IMG/VR virus record: IMGVR_UViG_3300045988_119718
Coordinates: 160,001 to 224,000 of that record
From: a virus
Length of the DNA stretch: 64,000 nucleotides
Strand: one strand, 5' to 3'
Position numbers and translations under genes: made by a program. Shown piece by piece: positions 29,766-36,858 of this stretch. The notes under the pieces are model-generated. The model was given only the letters and a program-made list of their open reading frames with translations. It made no database searches and was not told the DNA's origin. Numbering within the stretch: position 1 is the first letter of the stretch; the number at the start of each line of letters is the position of its first letter.

Positions 29766-29811
29766 CTTTTAAACTTTTACCAAGTTTTATACTTTATAAA
29801 CTTTTTTAATT

Positions 29812-29837
29812 ACCATCTTCGGTATATACCGAAGATG
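29812..29837. terminator. 26-nt perfect palindrome CCATCTTCGGTATATACCGAAGATGG, candidate terminator for the 29470-29840 plus-strand unit
   Basis: Perfect self-complement with TATA centre, followed by TTATATTCTTT. Confidence 0.4.
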
Positions 29838-30233
29838 GGTTATATTCTTTAAAAACTGTATTTTTAGAAAGAATTCTTAATATATCAATACACTTATATT
29901 GAATTAAGGTTTAGAACTCTTATATTAAAAAATGCAGTGTTATATTTCTATTATATTGGATAGGTTTAGAACAGTATTATTTTGAAAAATACTTATAAAC
30001 TTGTTTTTATTGGTATTTTATTTACACTTCTTAATTGAAGAGGTTTTATAACTCTTTTCAATTAAAAATAAAATTATAAACTCGTAGTTTATAAAGTTTA
30101 GAAAAAGTTTATAATTATAGTATTTTTTCAATAAATTCTTTTTTGTTATTATTTAATAATTCATGTACATTTTCGTAATGAAATTTTTTTGACTACTTTT
30201 ATAGTTTGTATTCTTTTTTCTTTCCCTCTTTTT

Positions 30234-30280
30234 GGAGGGAAAGGGGGATGGGGGTTCTAGGGGGTAGGGGGGGGAAGGGA
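30234..30280. repeat. G-rich tract (GGAGGGAAAGGGGGATGGGGGTTCTAGGGGGTAGGGGGGGGAAGGG), G-quadruplex candidate
   Basis: G runs of 5, 5, 5 and 8 within 45 nt, flanked by mirror-image pyrimidine runs (TTTCCCTCTTTTT / CCTTTTTCTCCCTTTC). Confidence 0.8.
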
Positions 30281-30689
30281 ACCTTTTTCTCCCTTTCTTT
30301 TTTCAACTTCATAAAAATGTATAGATTCTTTTCTATCTTTATAAGTTGTATTTCAATGTATTCTAATAGAAATATGGCTATTCAGTAGTAAAAAATAAAA
30401 CGATTTTTCTTATAACTTCAGTGTAAAAACAAGGGTATGAGATTGATTCTCATACCCATATCTTACCTCGTATATTGCTTTCATACAAAAAATGCTATAT
30501 CTCAAAATATAGTATCGTATTCCTATTAAAAATAATAGTCATAGGAGCATGGTTTAAAAATACAACATTACATACTTCCTATAGAAAAATGATTTTTTCA
30601 TGGATTTTTACCTAAATATCAATAATTTCTGTCTAAATGCGAATCATTCGCATTTGTTAGAAAAAGTTTATAATTATAAACTGAAAAAA

Positions 30690-30940
30690 TCGCTAATTTT
30701 TTAGTTAAAAATTAAAAATCAACTAACATACCCTTTTTTCGCTATTTTCGTATTCCTATTAGTTTTAATGGAAATATGACTTTCTCATACCTTGCTAAAA
30801 ATTTAGTTAAAATTGAAAAACCAATTAACATACACTTTTTTAGCCATATTCGTATTCCCATTGGTTCTAATGGAAATACGACTTTTCAATTTTTTCTAAA
30901 AATTTAGTTAAAATTGAAATACCAATTAACATGTGGTCAC
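30690..30940. repeat. Tandem direct repeats of ~105 bp (2.4 copies)
   Basis: AAAAATTTAGTTAAAATTGAAA(A/T)ACCAATTAACAT... occurs at ~30796 and ~30899, with a degenerate copy at ~30700. Each unit contains TTCGTATTCC(T/C)ATT(A/G)GTT..AATGGAAATA. Confidence 0.75.
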
Positions 30941-31022
30941 TACGAAATTATAAACAAAAGTTTATAATTAGTTTATAATTTATTTTTAAAGAAAATAAAA
31001 AACATGATAAAAGACAGCAGAA

Positions 31023-31049
31023 ACCCAGTACAGGATAAACCTGTACTGA
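31023..31049 (-). terminator. Hairpin downstream of the 1448-aa gene
   Basis: CAGTACAGG-ataaa-CCTGTACTG, followed on the minus strand by GGTTTCTGCTGTCTTTTATC. Confidence 0.4.
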
Positions 31050-31096
31050 GTATTCACGCTATCTTCAGTTGGTATACTATAATGTAGGTAAAAATA

Positions 31097-34000
31097 TTAA
31101 TCATGAAGATTATCTACATTAGTAAGGTTATTCCACTTTATACCAAGTTTTTCCTTACACTGTCTAGATAATTCCATAAGTACTTTGTTCAATGAACCAC
31201 TACTAATGATAGAAGCTGTCATACGAGCATTAACCGATGCTGAAGTTAATAAAGCATCTATTGGTTCATCAGGTCTAAAATCAGTATATGGTTCTTTACC
31301 TTTAGGCATAATATCTTTTACTACACCTTTGATTGCAGTGTTGTAAGTCAGCTTATCACCAACGCCCATCTTATCTTCACACTTGATGTAGAAGCAGAAC
31401 ATTACACCTTTTTCCAAGTTCTTGAATTTGCCTTCTGGTAATAACTTTTCTGTAGAAGGTACTGATTCATTAATTTCTATATCTGTTACTCCGTTATCTT
31501 TAAGATATTTCTTTTCTTTCTTTATAGAATTTTCATACTTAGAAACTATCTTCTTTAATGATGGAGATAATTCATCTAATTCACAAGTTCTAAATATTTT
31601 AATATCTTGAAGAGTACCAGTAATCTTAGAATGAACTTGAATTCTACCAAAGTCTGTAGCTAATTCTAATTCATCATCAGAAATATTCTTCATTAAAGTA
31701 TTAGCTTCATCATCAGTAAATGCATTCTGGAAGATTATTAATGGAGAACCTTCTTCTATAGGTTTACCTTTTTCAGCTAAGAAGAATACATTAGAACCAG
31801 CATCTAAAGAACATGTTTTTTCTACACAATAGAATGAAGTAAGAGCATCTGAAATACGTTCATCTATAATAGAAGAATCTTCATATGCTTCATCTGTACA
31901 CATTATAGCTATTTTAGCCATAGTACCAATGTTAAATGCAACGTTTTTATTATCAGCGTTATGCCCTATAGAGGGACTGAACGAAGTTGGGTCATATGCT
32001 AAGATATCATTATACTTTAAGGTTTGACCTTTCTTTACAAAAGGTTTAAGTTTAACTGTTACATAGAAACCACCATCAGAGTTCTTCTGTGTTTTCTCTC
32101 TTAAATCTACAGAATGCTTGGATTTATTACCGTCTTTATCTACTTCTTCAAAGATAATAAAGTCATCAGTAATATTTAAAACTTTTCCTTTTACTCCTTT
32201 AAATTTATAAGAAAAAATATTAGAAGTAAAGTAAGGTAATGCCTCATCCATGCCATAAGTAATAAAATTCGGAGATGAAGATTTAACTCTCATAATATGC
32301 TTAGTAGTCTGAATATAGCCCATTGCAGTACGAATTGGGTCATCATGTGTAGTAGCATAAGGAGCCATAGCTTCATAAACAGACATACCATTCAATGTAT
32401 TCAATTTAGATTTATCATTACTTACTTTAAGTATACCTCTGCCATCAGCTATGGAAGAATTAATAGTAGCCTGTCTAGTAATACCTACATTACCAGCAAA
32501 CCCAGTAGACATAGATAAGATACCTAACATGGAATCGTCATATACACGTTTATCTAATGTATAAGCTCTATCAGCATTCATACCAGATAAGCCTTTGAAT
32601 GAGTATGTATTAATAGCTTCAGCTTCTAATAATGGAGAAGATACCGAAAGATCAGATATACCAGGGTCTTTCATAACTGCATCTATAAGAGCAGACTGTT
32701 TAATGGTAAACTTAACTCCTCTACCAGTTCTCTTCGATTTATTAGCATATTGACCATATGCATTAGCAATAGCTTGATATAAATAACCAGCTAATATTTC
32801 ATTAGAACGTAATCTATTACCAGAGATATCTGCATGCTTATTATAAGAAGTAGAAGCTAATAAGCTACTAGCATAAGCTAATGCTTCTATATAATCGTAT
32901 GGAATATCGTACTTCTTGCAAATATCAATAGTCATAGGATCAAATTCGCAATCATAGAAGTTATCAAAACCATCAGCTTTAATTCTACCACCAAATTCAT
33001 CTAAGATATCTAACCACATATTTTTTGTGTTGATATCTTTAATAGAGAATCTAGATAAATCAGTTTTAGCTAATCCTGCCATTAATAATGAATCTTCTGG
33101 CTTCTCATCATTATAAACTAAATATCCATCACTAAATCTAATTACAGATTCTGTTTCAGTTACCTTAGGTCTAGTATCAGAGAATCTGTATTTAATCTTA
33201 GCTTTATCCATAGACTTCTGTAAACCTTCAGAAAAAGCCATAAGAATAATAACTGGAATTTTAGTATTCATGATAGATGCTTGAGAGTAAGAAAGTTTAT
33301 TAGATGGTTTAGCTAAAGCATAAGTTTCTGCAAATACTTTATCTTTAGAAGCTAAGAATTTACCAATAGTATAAGCTGCATTTTCTTTATTAGAATAGAT
33401 AGCTTTTTTAGTTTTACTATCATACCCAATTAAGATATCAGTTTTTTCATTAAATTTTTTATCTACAGGAAGTTTCTTTAATGCATCATAGTCAAAAGCT
33501 ATATAACTTCCATCAGCTGTAGTAATTTTAGAGTATAAAGCACCTAAGTCTTTAAATTCTATCGGCATATCATACTTGGAAAGAATAAAAGTATTATCAC
33601 CGATATAAACTTTAACTTTAGAATCTGTGTCTTTTAAGTTCTTTAAAGCTTTAGTAAGTTTAGATACACCTTTAGTAGACTTAGTACCACCAGAAGGATT
33701 AACTCTTGAAATAAATATTTTATGATAAGAGGTAACTATCTGAGTTGTATCCTCTTCTGTTTTAATTATAGGAAGTAAAAGAATCTGTCCAGCTATAGTT
33801 TTAGTATTTCCTCTTAATTTCATAAATCTATGATTTATAAATTTAGGAATATCTATAGCTATATTTGATCTAGTACCATTAATATCTTCTAATTGTACTC
33901 TTAAAGTATAAATATAATCTTCATTAGTAGATTCATCTGTCATTTCCATACTAGCAACACATAATGGCCTAGACTTATTTCTAAGAGATTTAAATATAGC

Positions 34001-35443
34001 AATAATATCTTCATCTATATCATAGGATTTATTAAAGTCTAAAGCTGTTACATCTTTCCATTCTTCATTAATAGAATCAATGGGAATAGTTTCAGGCTTT
34101 AATTCTCTTTTCTTAGTATAGTAATTCTTTAATACATCTCCTACTTTTTTACCATGGATTACAGTTTTATCAAAATCTTTATCTAACTGCTCCATTCTCT
34201 TTTTTCTAGCTTCAGTTATTTTAGTAATAGGAGGATTATCTAAATCTAATATTACATCCTTGATATAATCTTCATCATTATCTACTGTAATTTCTTTTAA
34301 TTCTTTTTCTTGAGATTCTTCTTCTTGTTCTTCCTCGGATTTTTCTTTAGGAGTCTCATCATCGTTGAATCCATCGTCATCTAAATCATCTGGATTAAAA
34401 GAAGCTTTAGCTGAAATAGAATCAGAATTATTTTTCTTTTTAGATTTAGTAGCACCAAATCTATTATCCATAACTATTGAATCAGAAGAATCTGGATTAA
34501 TCTCAGCATCATCTGCATTAGATAAGTCATTCTTTATTAATTTTTTAGTAAAGAATACAAATCTAATTAAATCTTTAATATCGAAATTAGAGAAGTCTAC
34601 TTTGAAGTATGCATTTTTAGAAGCGATAATAAAGTCTATACCACTCCAATAATTAGATATAATCTGTCTTTGTCTAACTAATCTATAAATCATAGAAAAT
34701 GGGTTTATAGAATTATTAAAATCAAATATATCGCAGCCTTTAGGAATCCATGATTCTACAGGAATGATACAGGTCTTTCTAGAATAATATTGATTAATTC
34801 TAGAATCATCTAAGTATCTAGTGATAATATGATGAAGTAAGTCTAATCCTCTATCTCTTTGATAAACTTTATTATTTTTCAAGAATATATTTATATAATG
34901 GGATAAATCTACGATAAGATTCTTTCTATTATATTGCTTTAGATTAACAAAAGTATTTCTAATAAATGGAACTTTAGCTTTAACTTTACTATAGATTTCA
35001 AATATTTCTTTTTGGTTTTTTATTCTTTCATTATAAAGAAGATTTCTAAATATACTTGGATAGTTTTGATTCATTCTAAAATCTTCATTTAATATTTCAT
35101 CTACTTTATCAGGAAAGAATACTCTACTATCATCTAAGTCATAATATAAATCATTATTATCACCATCAAATTTAGACTCTAACATAGTCTTCATAAACGG
35201 TTCATTTATAGTAGAAGCTTCATTAGTGAAAAATGTGAAATCCTTTTCTGTATAATATGAAATAAAAGTATTTCTATTAACAAGAAACTTATTATTATTT
35301 AAAAAGCTAATAGTATCATCAATATCCTTGGTTAATATAAACAAAGCACTATTATGATAAATATCATTTTGCGTATATGCTGGGTAAAATAGTTTTGTTT
35401 TCATTAACCTTAAAGGAATGAGTTTTTCTATCGTATATGGCAT
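31097..35443 (-). CDS. Multisubunit-RNA-polymerase beta-subunit homolog (C-terminal conserved regions) with a long unique N-terminal extension
   Basis: SPLLE...[31 protein letters not shown] aligns to RpoB NPLSE..[43 protein letters not shown]...[16 protein letters not shown] aligns to [52 protein letters not shown]...ARM aligns to [25 protein letters not shown]...SRMN. The three blocks occur in the same order as in RpoB. Confidence 0.6.
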   Translation of the reverse strand: [1448 protein letters not shown]

Positions 35444-35587
35444 GGCTATTTTCCTTTCTTTACAAAAAGTAAAATTTTAATTAAGTGTTTCTCTATTCAC
35501 ATTAGAATTAATGGGTATAGAAATTAAAAGTTTATATTCCTATTAACTTACATAGTAATAGAAATAGTTTAGAAAGGGTTATAAAGT

Positions 35588-35728
35588 ATGGAAAAACAAG
35601 AGTTCTTAGAAATAGTTAAGGGTTTCTCTAGAGAAGATTTTAAGAAATACCTATATAGAGAAATTAATAAAAAAAGAAAATTATTAGTTGTTATTAAAAG
35701 AGTAACTAAATCTAATAATAAAAAATAA
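35588..35728 (+). CDS. Possible small basic protein (46 aa)
   Basis: GAAAGGGTTATAAAGT-ATG; MEKQEFLEIVKGFSREDFKKYLYREINKKRKLLVVIKRVTKSNNKK. Confidence 0.3.
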   Translation: MEKQEFLEIVKGFSREDFKKYLYREINKKRKLLVVIKRVTKSNNKK

Positions 35729-35751
35729 AGTTATTTTTAGGAGGAAATATC

Positions 35752-36291
35752 ATGGAAATGGAAAAGAAAGAACCTACTGTTACAGAACTGCTTAATATCA
35801 TTAAACAGGCATCTACTTGCACCGCATCTAAGAAAGATGAAACTAGAGTAATGAAAGCAATGCTTAATGATACAAGCTATTCAGTAGATGTATACGCTGG
35901 TACAGGTAAAATTGGAGAATTTAATCCATCTAAAGAAATGAGAAGTATGTGTACTTCTATTCTTAGTTCTGCCGCATCTATTCCATTGGCTGAAGCAAAT
36001 AGCCTTATGGAGAAATATACTTTTAAGAAATCTGAAGCTACCAGTATGGTTAATATCAGTAAAGAATTTGTAAACACATACATTCATAGTGGTAGAAAGC
36101 TTAATCTTGGTGGTAGAGAAAAATCTAATATTTCTCTTGCATTGAAAGAAGTACCAGCAGGAGAAAGAACTTATCCTCAGTGTACTGGAACAGATAAAAA
36201 AGGTAATAAGATTTATACCACTGGTAAAACTTATGTAAAAGGTTATGAAAGTATTAAAGTAACTGCACCTTCTCCAGAATGGGTAAAATAA
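35752..36291 (+). CDS. Hypothetical protein
   Basis: 179-aa ORF with AGGAGG RBS; terminator follows. Confidence 0.5.
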   Translation: MEMEKKEPTVTELLNIIKQASTCTASKKDETRVMKAMLNDTSYSVDVYAGTGKIGEFNPSKEMRSMCTSILSSAASIPLAEANSLMEKYTFKKSEATSMVNISKEFVNTYIHSGRKLNLGGREKSNISLALKEVPAGERTYPQCTGTDKKGNKIYTTGKTYVKGYESIKVTAPSPEWVK

Positions 36292-36294
36292 CAA

Positions 36295-36332
36295 AAAAAT
36301 AAAAGGTGCTCATATGAGTACCTTTTATTTCG
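36295..36332. terminator. Bidirectional terminator between convergent genes
   Basis: AAAAGGTGCTCATATGAGTACCTTTT (one mismatch) followed by ATTTCGTC. Confidence 0.55.
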
Positions 36333-36338
36333 TCTGAC

Positions 36339-36656
36339 TTATTTCTTAATTTCGGTGAAATATTTCTCACCGAGTTTCTGAGCATCTTTAACGATGCTCT
36401 TGCTGAGAGACATAATTGTCTTTACAGCATTAATGACTGGTTCATAGTAGCGTTCAACCAGATCACACGCCTCCTCAATGAAGTTCTGTTTGAACTTGAA
36501 AGAGACGAAGAAGAAGTCGCTCGTCTCAATCATGTTGCCTCTGAACCCAAGGGATTCAAATGAAGCCGACTTGCATTTCCTGAGAGCCAGCTTTGGGAAC
36601 CTTTTAGAAATGAAATTCTTGGTTTCCTGATCGATAGTAACGTTGATTGTGATCAT
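36339..36656 (-). CDS. Small protein (105 aa), remote paralog of 1847..2260
   Basis: The start is ATG (MITINVTID) 8 nt after GGAGGA. The listed longer form uses a TTG inside the RBS. Locally elevated GC. ETSDFFFVSF aligns to ESDMIMTFIH in the paralog. Confidence 0.55.
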   Translation of the reverse strand: MITINVTIDQETKNFISKRFPKLALRKCKSASFESLGFRGNMIETSDFFFVSFKFKQNFIEEACDLVERYYEPVINAVKTIMSLSKSIVKDAQKLGEKYFTEIKK

Positions 36657-36745
36657 AATGTTTGTCCTCCTTATAGACAAATGACTAGAACTTTTTGTTC
36701 TAGTAACATAGATAAATGAATACTTGATATGTATTCATTGTTATA
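36657..36745 (-). promoter_or_regulatory. Conserved 5' leader (copy B): RBS block TGTCTATAAGGAGGACAAAC plus hairpins CTAGAAC-aaaaa-GTTCTAG and AATGAATAC-ttgatat-GTATTCATT
   Basis: Shares the TTTGTCCTCCTTATAGACAAA(A)TGACTAGA block and the TAACATAG block with copy A. The hairpin stems differ in sequence but stay paired. Confidence 0.55.
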
Positions 36746-36777
36746 TTATACAACTATAAAATACGAGTATTACAAAT

Positions 36778-36803
36778 TAGACTACCTTATATAAGGTAGT
36801 CTA
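36778..36803. promoter_or_regulatory. 26-nt perfect palindrome TAGACTACCTTATATAAGGTAGTCTA (copy B) in a divergent intergenic region
   Basis: Same TACCTTATATAAGGTA core as 2419-2446. It sits between the leftward small gene and the rightward 2767-aa gene. Confidence 0.55.
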
Positions 36804-36858
36804 ATCCACCGCATTTGTGTTAGAATGAGCTTCCTCAACATATCATTAAACCTTACCT

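Larger units (their letters stand above)
29281..31096. other. 1.8-kb gene-free hub: candidate replication origin, partition or packaging region with candidate small-RNA loci
   Basis: No ORF longer than 35 codons. At least 9 copies of TTATAAACT/AGTTTATAA, including two perfect palindromic pairs (30081-30101, 30665-30682). Tandem ~105-bp repeats, a G-rich tract, several perfect palindromes and a recurring CGTATTCCTATTA motif. Confidence 0.6.

Noticed and set aside
29640-29770. tRNA in the GC-rich element (GGTTCTAACCCC resembles a T-loop)
   Set aside because: I could not build an acceptor stem, D-arm or anticodon arm around it. The flanking stems (CCCCC/GGGGG, CTACC/GGTAG) do not fit a cloverleaf.
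30690-30940. Possible CRISPR array
   Set aside because: Repeat units are ~105 bp and directly abutting, with no short-repeat/unique-spacer alternation, and there are no cas genes. I called it a tandem repeat instead.
32400-32500. Initial match of KFKGVKGKV to the beta-subunit GRHGNKGV block
   Set aside because: It lies upstream of the GxN..VAF..YEDS block, which is the wrong order. The correctly ordered match is [14 protein letters not shown] near the C-terminus.
35877-36294. Minus-strand ORFs 35877..36083 and 35881..36294 overlapping the 179-aa plus-strand gene
   Set aside because: The plus-strand gene has an RBS, a terminator and non-repetitive sequence. The antisense ORFs have none of these.
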